Below, one piece after another: positions 37,634 through 47,247 of a stretch of 64,000 bases of DNA. The DNA comes from a virus. Where the stretch lies: the IMG/VR virus record IMGVR_UViG_3300023179_000021, positions 81,641-145,640 of that record; one strand, 5' to 3'. Under the pieces are notes generated by a model. That model made no database searches, was not told the DNA's origin, and saw nothing but the letters and a program-made list of their open reading frames with translations. A program made the position numbers and the translations under genes. Positions within the stretch are counted from its first letter, which is position 1. Every line of letters starts with the position of its first letter.

Positions 37634-38659
37634 ATGTTATCGATTGACGTTAAATATCTACGTCTTCTTTCTTCTCGTTTGCGTAATTTCAAGCAGAAGA
37701 AAGAAGGTCTTTTTAATTTCTCTTGCCCAATTTGTGGCGATTCAAAAAAGAATCTATCAAAGGCTCGAGGTTATGCTTTTTCTAAAGGTAATGATTATTT
37801 TTATCGTTGCCATAATTGTGGAGCAAGTACAAATGTTGGTAACCTCATTAAACACATTGATGCTTCCCTACACAAAGAATATATCCTTGAAAGGTATACC
37901 TCCGGTCGAACCAATAATGCTAATTCAGCCAACTCAGTATTACAAATATCCCCACCAAAATTTGGAAAACTACAGAAGCAAAAGATTTTCGAACATGCTG
38001 AATGGTGCGACAAGTTACCATTTGGACATTTTTGCCTAGAGTATTTAAAAAGACGAAAGATACCTAAGGATGCATATAAGTTACTGCTCTTTACAAGCAA
38101 GTACGCAGATTTTGTTACATCAATTTATAAAGACCACGGAAAACAACTAATTAATGATGCTCGACTGGTGATCCCTTTCTACGATGAAAACAATGATTTA
38201 ATTGCTGTTTCTGGCCGAGCTCTTGAAACTAGCGATAATTCTCTTCGATATGTGACAGTAAGAACTAATGAATCAAAAACTAAATTAATTTATGGTATTG
38301 ACAAATTAAAATCGTCAGAAAGAATACTTTTGGTTGAAGGACCTATAGACTCTCTTTTTCTAAATAATTGTCTGGCGTCTGGTGATGCAAATTTATTATC
38401 AGCTGCAAAAGAAGTGCATGGAGATGTGACTTTAGTATTTGACAATGAACCTAGAAATAAAGAAATATGTAAAATGATTGAAAGAGCCATTCATTTCAAT
38501 CAACCAGTTGTTATTTGGCCTGATACTATAAAAGGTAAAGACATCAATGAGATGGTAATGAATGGTTTCCTGCCAGGCGAAATTTCAGATATTATAAGTA
38601 GCAATACGTTTAGTGGTGTAGCAGCAAAATTGAAATTTAATATGTGGAAGAAACTATGA
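37634..38659 (+). CDS. gp61: DNA primase
   Basis: CPICGDS...CHNC zinc ribbon; VEGPIDS and FDNEPRN TOPRIM. Confidence 0.95.
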   Translation: MLSIDVKYLRLLSSRLRNFKQKKEGLFNFSCPICGDSKKNLSKARGYAFSKGNDYFYRCHNCGASTNVGNLIKHIDASLHKEYILERYTSGRTNNANSANSVLQISPPKFGKLQKQKIFEHAEWCDKLPFGHFCLEYLKRRKIPKDAYKLLLFTSKYADFVTSIYKDHGKQLINDARLVIPFYDENNDLIAVSGRALETSDNSLRYVTVRTNESKTKLIYGIDKLKSSERILLVEGPIDSLFLNNCLASGDANLLSAAKEVHGDVTLVFDNEPRNKEICKMIERAIHFNQPVVIWPDTIKGKDINEMVMNGFLPGEISDIISSNTFSGVAAKLKFNMWKKL

Positions 38660-39333
38660 AAGTTAGACTAGTTAGTTATACAGAACCATCAAGTGAGATA
38701 ATTGATGATTTCAAAAGTGAGCCCAATTTACAAGACCTCATTGCATATTGCGCCAGGGTATCAAACCCAAGTAATCAGACAAATACAGAAACTTCAGAAC
38801 GATTGTTAAAATACCTCATCAAAAATAAACATTGGTCACCACTTGAAATGGTGAATATGTGTTTAGAGATACAAACAACCAGAGATATAGCAAGACAAAT
38901 ATTGCGACATCGATCATTTTCATTTCAAGAATTCAGCCAACGATATGCTGATCCAATTAAAGATTTGGATTTTGAAATTCGTGAGGCCAGATTACAAGAC
39001 ACAACAAATCGTCAAAACTCTATTGAAACAGATGATGAAAAATTATCTAAAAAATGGGAACTTGCACAACAGCGAGTTATTCATGAAGCAAAATCTGCCT
39101 ATGAGTGGGCTATCAAAAATGGTATTGCAAAAGAAGTAGCTCGAGCAGTCCTACCAGAAGGCAACATCTTATCAAAAATGTATATGAATGGCACTCTTCG
39201 TTCGTGGATCCATTATATTGAATTGCGCTCAGCAAACGACACACAAAAAGAACACAGAGAGATAGCATTGGCCTGTGCAAAAACTATTACTCAAGTTTTT
39301 CCAATAGCATCAGAGTTCGTATCACAAAAATAA
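38656..39333 (+). CDS. thyX: FAD-dependent thymidylate synthase
   Basis: RQILRHRSFSFQEFSQRY ThyX motif. Confidence 0.96.
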   Translation: MKVRLVSYTEPSSEIIDDFKSEPNLQDLIAYCARVSNPSNQTNTETSERLLKYLIKNKHWSPLEMVNMCLEIQTTRDIARQILRHRSFSFQEFSQRYADPIKDLDFEIREARLQDTTNRQNSIETDDEKLSKKWELAQQRVIHEAKSAYEWAIKNGIAKEVARAVLPEGNILSKMYMNGTLRSWIHYIELRSANDTQKEHREIALACAKTITQVFPIASEFVSQK

Positions 39334-39348
39334 CAATAGGAGTACCGC

Positions 39349-41145
39349 ATGGATGATAAGATTCACGGTATCACGGTCAATTATTTCCGTGATGGTTTGT
39401 TTGACGATTTAGGTATTAAAAGATTAAAAGAAAGTTATATGAGAGATGATGAATCCTCACCACAAGAAAGGTTTGCGTATGTCTCAGCAGAATTTGGATC
39501 CAATTCAGAGCACAGTCAGCGTCTTTATAATTATAGCAGTAATCACTGGCTCAGCTATAGCACTCCAATTCTCTCTTTTGGACGCTCAAAGCGTGGTCTT
39601 CCTATTAGCTGCTTTTTACCTTATTTGGATGATTCTGCTGAAGGTTTGGTCGACACACTATCGGAAGTAAATTGGCTATCAATGTTAGGAGGCGGAATTG
39701 GAATTGGAATTGGTATTCGTAGTGCTGATGATAAGTCTGTCGGTGTTATGCCTCATCTCAGGACTTACGATGCGTCTTCTCTCGCTTACAGACAGGGCCG
39801 TACTCGTCGTGGCAGCTATGCTGCATATCTCGACATCTCTCATCCGGATATTTTAATGTTTCTTGATATGCGTAAGCCCACCGGTGATCCAAACATGCGA
39901 GCGCTCAACCTACACCATGGTATCAATGTTTCGGATGATTTCATGGAAATTATTGAACGTTGTATGATTGACCCAAAAGCCGATGATACATGGGAACTTA
40001 AAGACCCACACAACGGTACAGTAAGAGAGAAAGTTTCTGCTCGTGAACTATGGCAACGTGTTCTAGAACTTAGGATGCAAACTGGTGAGCCATATTTACA
40101 TTTCATTGATACAAGCAATGAAGCTTTACCAGAATTTCAAAAAAAGATTGGTTTAAAAATTCGTCAAAGCAATTTGTGTTCTGAAATTATTTTGCCTACT
40201 GATAAAGAAAGAACAGCGGTGTGTTGCTTATCATCTGTAAATTTGGAGTATTTTGATGATTGGAAAAACGATAAACTTTTTCTACGGGACATTGCAGAGA
40301 TGCTTGATAATGTATTGCAGCACTTTATTGTTAATGCTCCTGATACTGTCTCTAGAGCTAAATATTCTGCTACTCGTGAGCGTAGCATTGGTGTGGGCGC
40401 TCTCGGCTTCCATGCTTACTTACAAAGGAATTCTATACCTTTTGAAACTGCCCTTGCCTCAAGCAAAAATAGAATGATGTTTAAACATATTCGTGAGGAA
40501 TTAAATTCCGCAAACATTGAACTTGGAAAAGAAAGGGGTGAGGCTCCCGATGCTATTGGTACAGGCAAAAGGTTTTCTCATATGACAGCTATAGCACCTA
40601 ATGCTTCAAGTAGCATAATCATGGGAAATACCAGCCCAAGTATTGAACCATATAGAGCAAATGCTTATCGTCAAGATACTTTATCAGGTTCTCATTTGAA
40701 TAAAAATAAATGGCTCGATAAAATTATTAAGGAGAAATGTGATGCCGATTCTAAGTTGGACTATAACGAAATCTGGTCAAGTATTATCGCAAACGACGGA
40801 AGTGTTCAACATCTTGAATTTCTTGATGACTGGACAAAAGATGTATTTAAAACATCAATGGAAATCGACCAAAGATGGATCGTACAGCATGCCGCTGATC
40901 GCCAGCCCTATATTGACCAAGCGCAAAGTCTCAATCTCTTTTTCAGACCGAACTCAAACATTAAATACATTCATGCAGTACACTTCTTGGCATGGAAGCA
41001 AGGACTCAAAACGCTTTACTACTGCCGCAGCGAGAAGATTTCGAAAGCTGATAAAGTCTCTAAAAAAGTAGAACGTAAAATTATTGAAGAATTGAATCTA
41101 AAACAATTAGCAACTGAAGAAGTTTGCTTAGCTTGCGAGGGATAA
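39349..41145 (+). CDS. nrdA: class I ribonucleotide reductase alpha (short, no ATP cone)
   Basis: PISCF, SNLCSE, APNASSS, KTLYY, C-terminal CLACEG. Confidence 0.95.
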   Translation: MDDKIHGITVNYFRDGLFDDLGIKRLKESYMRDDESSPQERFAYVSAEFGSNSEHSQRLYNYSSNHWLSYSTPILSFGRSKRGLPISCFLPYLDDSAEGLVDTLSEVNWLSMLGGGIGIGIGIRSADDKSVGVMPHLRTYDASSLAYRQGRTRRGSYAAYLDISHPDILMFLDMRKPTGDPNMRALNLHHGINVSDDFMEIIERCMIDPKADDTWELKDPHNGTVREKVSARELWQRVLELRMQTGEPYLHFIDTSNEALPEFQKKIGLKIRQSNLCSEIILPTDKERTAVCCLSSVNLEYFDDWKNDKLFLRDIAEMLDNVLQHFIVNAPDTVSRAKYSATRERSIGVGALGFHAYLQRNSIPFETALASSKNRMMFKHIREELNSANIELGKERGEAPDAIGTGKRFSHMTAIAPNASSSIIMGNTSPSIEPYRANAYRQDTLSGSHLNKNKWLDKIIKEKCDADSKLDYNEIWSSIIANDGSVQHLEFLDDWTKDVFKTSMEIDQRWIVQHAADRQPYIDQAQSLNLFFRPNSNIKYIHAVHFLAWKQGLKTLYYCRSEKISKADKVSKKVERKIIEELNLKQLATEEVCLACEG

Positions 41146-42135
41146 ATGGTAAAAAAGAAATCTAAATTAACAGAAGAGCGAAATCACTATAAACCCTTTA
41201 ATTATCCATGGGCTTATGAGGCCTGGCTTAGGCATGAACAAAGTCACTGGTTACACACAGAATGTCCTCTTTTAGAAGATGTAAAAGACTGGAAAAATAA
41301 GTTAACAGAGCACGAAAAGAAATTTCTTACAAATATCTTTCGTTTCTTTACACAAGGTGATATTGATGTTGCAGGCGGTTATGTTAAAAATTATTTACCA
41401 TATTTTCCACAACCAGAAATTCGGATGATGCTTTGTGGGTTTGCTGCAAGAGAGGCTTTACATATTGCTGCATACTCACATTTGATTGAATCATTAGGAA
41501 TGCCCGAAACCACATATAATGAGTTTTTGCAGTATTCTGAGATGAAAGAAAAACACGATTACCTTTTAGATATTAGTTCAAAAAATACCACTAAAGAATC
41601 TACTGCCACACACATTGCTGCGTTCTCAGCATTTACAGAAGGCATGCAGCTCTTTAGTTCTTTTATTATGCTTCTTAATTTTCCTCGTCATGGTGTAATG
41701 AAAGGTATGGGACAAATTGTAACATGGTCGATTGTTGATGAAACACAGCACGCCGAAGCCATGATTAAATTGTTTCGCACCTACATAGAAGAAAATAAAG
41801 AAATCTGGAATGATAATCTTAAATCACAAATTTACACGATTGCTACCAAAATGGTGGAGCTTGAAGATAAGTTTATTGATTTGGCATTTGGCGTGGTACC
41901 TATGGTCGACTTGGACGCTGCTGACGTTAAACGTTATATCCGCTATATTGCTGACCGCCGTCTTATCAGTTTGGGTCTTAAAGGAATCATGAAAGTTAAA
42001 AAGAACCCTCTTCCATGGGTCGAAGAAATGATTAATGCACCAACGCATACCAATTTCTTTGAGAACCGTGCTACAGATTATGCAAAAGGTGCCTTAGCTG
42101 GTTCATGGGAGGATGTTTGGGCTAAGGCCGCATAA
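41146..42135 (+). CDS. nrdB: class I ribonucleotide reductase beta
   Basis: FFTQGD, REALHIAAYS, DETQH, NFFE. Confidence 0.95.
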   Translation: MVKKKSKLTEERNHYKPFNYPWAYEAWLRHEQSHWLHTECPLLEDVKDWKNKLTEHEKKFLTNIFRFFTQGDIDVAGGYVKNYLPYFPQPEIRMMLCGFAAREALHIAAYSHLIESLGMPETTYNEFLQYSEMKEKHDYLLDISSKNTTKESTATHIAAFSAFTEGMQLFSSFIMLLNFPRHGVMKGMGQIVTWSIVDETQHAEAMIKLFRTYIEENKEIWNDNLKSQIYTIATKMVELEDKFIDLAFGVVPMVDLDAADVKRYIRYIADRRLISLGLKGIMKVKKNPLPWVEEMINAPTHTNFFENRATDYAKGALAGSWEDVWAKAA

Positions 42136-42284
42136 TGCCCACGCTTAAACATAATTGTGGCACTTGCGATTCGATATTTACAATAGACTATGATGAAGAG
42201 GTATGTGAAGATGCACCACATTATTGTCCATTTTGCGGAGACTATATAATTGAAGAGAATTATATAGATGAAGAAGATGAGTAA
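42135..42284 (+). CDS. small zinc-ribbon protein (49 aa, not in ORF track)
   Basis: MPTLKHNCGTC...YCPFCG plus acidic tail; TAATG-coupled at both ends. Confidence 0.7.
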   Translation: MPTLKHNCGTCDSIFTIDYDEEVCEDAPHYCPFCGDYIIEENYIDEEDE

Positions 42285-42691
42285 TGTGGACATACAAAGG
42301 CCAGGAATTTTACGAGGAGCATATCGGTTCTACTTACGGTTATGTTTATTGCATTACCAATCTACAAGATGGCAAACAGTACATTGGTAAGAAATTTTTC
42401 AGCAAGGCCGGCTACAAAACTGTAAAAGGTAAACGCAAGAAGATTCGAAAGCCCTCAGATTGGTTAACCTACTGGGGGTCTAACAAAACTCTACTTGAAG
42501 ATATAAAAAGACTTGGCGAACAACATTTTCGCCGAGAGATTTTACATTTATGTGCCACAAGAACAGATTGTGCTTATTTGGAATTAAAAGAACAAATGGA
42601 TCGTCGTGTGTTAGAGTCGGACAATTATTATAACGATTGGATCATGGTAAAAGTTCGTAAAGATCATATAAAATTTCATAAGGTGAAATAG
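42284..42691 (+). CDS. GIY-YIG nuclease
   Basis: YGYVYCITN...YIGKK, YWGS, LE, YYN. Confidence 0.8.
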   Translation: MWTYKGQEFYEEHIGSTYGYVYCITNLQDGKQYIGKKFFSKAGYKTVKGKRKKIRKPSDWLTYWGSNKTLLEDIKRLGEQHFRREILHLCATRTDCAYLELKEQMDRRVLESDNYYNDWIMVKVRKDHIKFHKVK

Positions 42692-42764
42692 TTTATGTTG
42701 CACCTGCACAGCGAAAACATATATAATATTGTGGTTCTTATAAAAGCCAATAACAGGAGAATAT

Positions 42765-42908
42765 ATGTTAAAAAAGATTTTTCAATTTTTTAGATTGGAT
42801 TATCAGTCAATGTTAGATGACTACATTTCAGCGAGAAATCCAACTTGCGAACAAGATGTTGAAAGGCTTATTAAAGAATTTCACCGCAAACAATTTGGAT
42901 ACTATTAA
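42765..42908 (+). CDS. DUF3563-like small protein (47 aa)
   Basis: MLKKIFQFF...LDDYISARNPTCEQDVERLIKEF; SD CAGGAG. Confidence 0.5.
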   Translation: MLKKIFQFFRLDYQSMLDDYISARNPTCEQDVERLIKEFHRKQFGYY

Positions 42909-42928
42909 ACCGTTTAAAGGAAATAAAA

Positions 42929-43108
42929 ATGATTGACAATTTCATCGATACATTTCAAAACTATAAAAAACAATTTGTAACCACCTATGTTACTGATAAA
43001 ACAACTCGTGAGGCCTTGATTAAATTTGTAGATGCACAAACTGATTTTGCAAAAGAATCATATAAAACGTTTGAGGCAATTTCAAAAGCTGGTTATAAAT
43101 TTAATTAA
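42929..43108 (+). CDS. amphipathic phasin-like small protein (59 aa)
   Basis: MIDNFIDTFQNYKKQFVTTYV...FVDAQTDFAK; SD AAGGA. Confidence 0.45.
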   Translation: MIDNFIDTFQNYKKQFVTTYVTDKTTREALIKFVDAQTDFAKESYKTFEAISKAGYKFN

Positions 43109-43139
43109 TTTTAAAATTTTCTAGGGCATACATAAGAGT

Positions 43140-43388
43140 ATGCAAAAGAAACTAGGAAAATCTCAATCTTTCATTGATATTGAAAGTTCGAGCACTTCAT
43201 ACATGCCAGTAAACAGAAATGGATGGTGGATAAAATACTCTTGTCTTAAAGGTGAAACAATTTTACTCCTCTTTACATCAATGTTTACTGGTCAAACCAT
43301 CATACGTTATTTCGGCAATGAAGATGAAGCTATAAAGTTTCTTAATTTCATTATTCATTGTAATCCGGCAGAAGAGTTAATGTTTTAA
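43140..43388 (+). CDS. hypothetical protein
   Basis: 82-aa ORF. Confidence 0.55.
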   Translation: MQKKLGKSQSFIDIESSSTSYMPVNRNGWWIKYSCLKGETILLLFTSMFTGQTIIRYFGNEDEAIKFLNFIIHCNPAEELMF

Positions 43389-43430
43389 TAAATTGCCTCT
43401 TTTGATTTTTCAATGTGTTAAAGTGTTGAA

Positions 43431-43847
43431 ATGCACATACAAGGCCGAATAACAAAACAACAATTTCGTGCAATTGATTTTTTTGCTGATTGTTTATTTT
43501 CACATCAATTAAAACGACATTTGTGGATTGAAATTCGCAATCGAAAAATGAATGAGAATGAAATGTATGGCTATGTTTTTGTTGAATCTTATAATATTCG
43601 TGGTAAACCAAGGCATTTTGTTATTGTAATGAATTCAAAATTGTCGCCCGAATTAAAAATAAGAACATTAGCACATGAAATGGTGCATATAAAACAATAT
43701 GCTTATGATGAATTAAATGAAGAAATGACAATGTGGCGTGGTCATAAAATCGATAGTGATAAAATTTCTTATTTCGAACAACCATGGGAAGTTGAAGCAT
43801 GGAAAAAAGGTGATAAAATTTATGAAAAATTTTGGAGGTTAACATGA
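43431..43847 (+). CDS. HExxH zincin metallopeptidase-like protein
   Basis: TLAHEMVHIKQ and QPWEVEA. Confidence 0.8.
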   Translation: MHIQGRITKQQFRAIDFFADCLFSHQLKRHLWIEIRNRKMNENEMYGYVFVESYNIRGKPRHFVIVMNSKLSPELKIRTLAHEMVHIKQYAYDELNEEMTMWRGHKIDSDKISYFEQPWEVEAWKKGDKIYEKFWRLT

Positions 43848-44203
43848 CAACAAGTAATATCAGCCCACTTACGGTGGATACTCTAGCAATTGATCCCTAC
43901 ACTACCACTTACAGACCGTTTAATATCTTAAAGCCAATTGATTCTATTCAAGGTCAAATGATTATTGCTACAATTAAAGTCAATCATGAAGAAAAAGATA
44001 TGATTGGCATGTCAGCAGCAGAGTTCCAAGAAATGATGAAAAAGAACTTGTGTATGGCTTTAATTGAAGAAATGGTGAAAAATAAAGTCATTGAATTTAC
44101 CAGTCAAATGGATCCAGTTGAACTGGTAACTACATATCGTGCTAGAGTATACGCAACACCCGACACAGAAATTAGAGTGATACGCAAAAGTCAATCATTT
44201 TAA
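43844..44203 (+). CDS. hypothetical protein
   Basis: SD GGAGG; overlaps the previous stop. Confidence 0.55.
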   Translation: MTTSNISPLTVDTLAIDPYTTTYRPFNILKPIDSIQGQMIIATIKVNHEEKDMIGMSAAEFQEMMKKNLCMALIEEMVKNKVIEFTSQMDPVELVTTYRARVYATPDTEIRVIRKSQSF

Positions 44204-44285
44204 AATATTACAAAATTGTTTAAGGAACAATAATTTCTAAGTAAAGAGGGGCAACCGCTCCAAACAATTTTCTTCGGAGAGAAAA

Positions 44286-44528
44286 ATGAAACTAGAAATG
44301 ACCGTTTGGGATCTCAGTGTTAATTTGTCAGTCAAAGGCAATAACGAATTGTCACAAATTGACCTCTTAGAAAAAGTAAAAAGTTTGCTAGAAGAACTTA
44401 CAGCATTTGATGAAGTAAACGTTAGTATTCAAAGTGTTACTCCAGAAGATGGTGAAGAAAATGGCGATGAAGAAGCAACAGTTGAGGATGAGACTGAAGA
44501 TAACTCCGATTATCGCCACGCAGCCTAA
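44286..44528 (+). CDS. small acidic protein
   Basis: SD GGAG; first gene of the unit containing the phosphoesterase and GT4. Confidence 0.6.
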   Translation: MKLEMTVWDLSVNLSVKGNNELSQIDLLEKVKSLLEELTAFDEVNVSIQSVTPEDGEENGDEEATVEDETEDNSDYRHAA

Positions 44529-44531
44529 GAA

Positions 44532-45320
44532 ATGAATTATCGATCTATCTTTATATCGGATATTCATTTAGGAAGCAAAGGTTGTAAGGCAGACTTACTT
44601 ATCAATTTTTTAAAATTGAACTCGGCTGATAAATTATATCTTATAGGCGATATAGTAGATGGATGGAAAATTCAAGAAAATAAATGGTATTGGAAACAGT
44701 CACACACTAATGTCGTAAGAAGAATTTTAGGCTTTGCGAAACAAGGTTCAGAAGTTATATACATTGCTGGAAACCATGATGAATTTTTGCGGCCTATGAT
44801 TCCTTACGGCATTTCCTTTGGTCGAATACAAATTGCTAATCAATTTACGCATGAAGGTTTGGATGGTAAGAAATACCTTGTGGTGCATGGAGACTTATTT
44901 GATGGCATCACCAGGCTTGCTCCATGGGTTAGTTTTATTGGTGATCGAGCCTATGATATATTAATTAATTTAAACACTAAATTTAACTGGTGGAGGCACA
45001 AACTTGGATTTGGTTATTGGTCTCTTAGCCAATTTCTTAAACAGCGTGTCAAGCGTGCTGTTGATTTCATTTTCCATTTTGAGCATAATCTTGTTAACTA
45101 TGGCCGTAAGCGTGGCTATGACGGAGTCATCTGTGGACACATACACAAAGCCGAAATCAAAACGGTAAATGGAATAATATATATGAATGATGGTGATTGG
45201 GTGGAATCATGTACAGCCCTAGTTGAACACCACGATGGCCACTGGGAAATTGTCACTTGGAACAATTTAATTAATGAAAAAAATACTGATTATAACGGAC
45301 AATCTAGCAAACCAAATTAA
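44532..45320 (+). CDS. PlcP/LpxH-like metallophosphoesterase (putative phospholipase C)
   Basis: SDIHLG, GDIVDGW, GNHDE, HGDLFD, CGHIH, NDGDWVESCTAL. Confidence 0.85.
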   Translation: MNYRSIFISDIHLGSKGCKADLLINFLKLNSADKLYLIGDIVDGWKIQENKWYWKQSHTNVVRRILGFAKQGSEVIYIAGNHDEFLRPMIPYGISFGRIQIANQFTHEGLDGKKYLVVHGDLFDGITRLAPWVSFIGDRAYDILINLNTKFNWWRHKLGFGYWSLSQFLKQRVKRAVDFIFHFEHNLVNYGRKRGYDGVICGHIHKAEIKTVNGIIYMNDGDWVESCTALVEHHDGHWEIVTWNNLINEKNTDYNGQSSKPN

Positions 45321-46272
45321 CGGTGTTGTTACGACCTATACAAATCTTGAGGCGCTGGCGTTTCGTGATGGTTATCAGTTTGTTTATATTACTCCCGATG
45401 AGTTCAACCACTTTGATTGCCCTGTCTATAACGAAGTCAAGATTGCCTATCCATGGGAGATGGGCAAGAAGATTGAGGAGATATGTCCGAATTATATCCA
45501 TATCGCCACAGAGGGTCCTGTGGGTTTGTGGGCTCGAGCATATCTTACAAAACACGATTATCATTACAATACTGCTTATCACACTAAATTTCCTGAAGGG
45601 CTCAAAACTTTGGTTGGAATTCCTGAGTCCGTTACTTGGCGCTACATAAAATGGTTTCATAAACATACTGGTAAAGTTTTAACAACAACCGATAGTATGG
45701 TGAAAGAATTAAAAGATCATGGTCTAACCTCAAAAATTATATCATGGACAAGAGGTGTTGATCGAACAATTTTCAACCCCGATCAACGAAATAAAACAAC
45801 AAAAGAAATCATTTTATTGTGTGTTTCAAGAGCAAGCAAAGAAAAAAACCTTGATGTCTTTTGTACGATTCAATATCCAAATTCTAAAAAAATATTTGTT
45901 GGTGATGGGCCTTATTTAAAAATTTTGAAGGAAAAATATGATGATGTTGAATTTGTCGGGTTTAAAACTGGTAAAGAGTTAGCCCATTATTATGCCAATG
46001 CCGATGTATTTGTATTTCCATCGTGCTGGGAAACATTTGGTATTGTAATGATTGAAGCTATGGCTTGTGGAACACCTGTAGCCGCTTACCCTACGCAAGG
46101 CCCTTTAGATGTTGTTGATGAAGGTAAAACTGGGTTTTTACATGAAAATTTAAATATAGCCATTGAAAAATGCTTGAATATGGATCGACAAGATGTTATT
46201 AATTATAGCTATCGATGGAGTTGGTCCGAGGCGTGGAAAATATTTAAAAATAATTTAATTGACTGGAAATGA
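45274..46272 (+). CDS. GT4 glycosyltransferase (Agt-like glycolipid synthase)
   Basis: ITD...QINGVV, IHIATEGPVG, YHTKFPE, ETFGIVMIEAMACG. Confidence 0.85.
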   Translation: MKKILIITDNLANQINGVVTTYTNLEALAFRDGYQFVYITPDEFNHFDCPVYNEVKIAYPWEMGKKIEEICPNYIHIATEGPVGLWARAYLTKHDYHYNTAYHTKFPEGLKTLVGIPESVTWRYIKWFHKHTGKVLTTTDSMVKELKDHGLTSKIISWTRGVDRTIFNPDQRNKTTKEIILLCVSRASKEKNLDVFCTIQYPNSKKIFVGDGPYLKILKEKYDDVEFVGFKTGKELAHYYANADVFVFPSCWETFGIVMIEAMACGTPVAAYPTQGPLDVVDEGKTGFLHENLNIAIEKCLNMDRQDVINYSYRWSWSEAWKIFKNNLIDWK

Positions 46273-46505
46273 AAATGGTAAAAAAAAGAAAAGAAGAAAA
46301 AACAATAAAGATGAAAATGCCCGGCACTCTTGGGAGTGCCAAATTAGTTTTTCCTGAAGAAAAAGAGATTTGGCCTAAGGTGACCAAAGGTTTTTATTCA
46401 ACCCGCATCGAACATGAAAATGGTACAGTTGATTTTCACACTGATTGGAAGGCCTTAAGTGAACATGTCGGCCAAGCTATTAAAGAGCTTAATGCTAAAA
46501 AATAG
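46269..46505 (+). CDS. hypothetical protein
   Basis: Overlaps the GT4 stop. Confidence 0.5.
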   Translation: MKMVKKRKEEKTIKMKMPGTLGSAKLVFPEEKEIWPKVTKGFYSTRIEHENGTVDFHTDWKALSEHVGQAIKELNAKK

Positions 46506-46783
46506 TGCCAGGTATACGCCGACAAAAAGAGTGCCCAAATTGTTCGATTAAACACCGAAGACGAGGGCCTTTTTGTTCTAAAGGTTGCGCTAATTCAGCC
46601 AGAATACCTACAGAAGGTATGATTGAACATATGCGAAAAGTGGTCACGGAATACAATAAAACACCAGAATCCATTGGTTATAAAAAATTATTTCACACAG
46701 GTATGTCACCCAATGATTATGCGGTTGATATACCTGATTTTTATGATATGCCCGATGGTTATGAAAAATCCGAAGATTGGTGA
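46505..46783 (+). CDS. small zinc-finger protein
   Basis: CPNC...FCSKGC. Confidence 0.55.
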   Translation: MPGIRRQKECPNCSIKHRRRGPFCSKGCANSARIPTEGMIEHMRKVVTEYNKTPESIGYKKLFHTGMSPNDYAVDIPDFYDMPDGYEKSEDW

Positions 46784-46784
46784 T

Positions 46785-46836
46785 GTTGCGTAAAAACAAC
46801 AACGCCCTTGACAAATAAACTGTGTTTGTGTACCAT
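46785..46836 (+). promoter_or_regulatory. early sigma70 promoter with one GTTG-N8-CAAC box
   Basis: Box 46785-46800; TTGACA 46808, 17 bp spacer, TACCAT. Confidence 0.75.
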
Positions 46837-46858
46837 ATAATTTTAAAAAGGGTAAAAA

Positions 46859-47233
46859 ATGGGTTTAGATATGTACGCTTGGTCGGTTGATGAAAATGAT
46901 GTAATCTCTGAAACCAAGTTTAATGAAGAGAGCGATAAGGTAGAGATTTTTCGTTGGCGGAAACACCATAACCTTCATGGTTGGATGGAAAAGCTATATT
47001 ATGACAAAAACGGCGAAGGTGAATTTAATTGTGTACCTGTGCGCCTTCGTATCTCCGATTTAGTGGAACTTCAATCTGTAATTCTGGCGCATGGGTTGCC
47101 AAAAACCGAAGGGTTTTTCTTTGGCGATAACCCACCCGATGAAGATTCCGATGAGCAGGATTTATTGTTTATTGCAAAGGCTCTCTCGGAGATTAACCGT
47201 GGCCGTGCGGTTTTTTATGATTCTTGGTGGTGA
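46859..47233 (+). CDS. conserved hypothetical early protein
   Basis: MGLDMYA, WRKHHNLHGWM, GFFFG, FYDSWW. Confidence 0.7.
   Translation: MGLDMYAWSVDENDVISETKFNEESDKVEIFRWRKHHNLHGWMEKLYYDKNGEGEFNCVPVRLRISDLVELQSVILAHGLPKTEGFFFGDNPPDEDSDEQDLLFIAKALSEINRGRAVFYDSWW
47174..47231 (+). repeat. 58-bp direct repeat, copy 1 (3' end of gene 46859-47233)
   Basis: One mismatch to 49396-49453. Confidence 0.9.
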
Positions 47234-47247
47234 AAAACAGTAATTTA

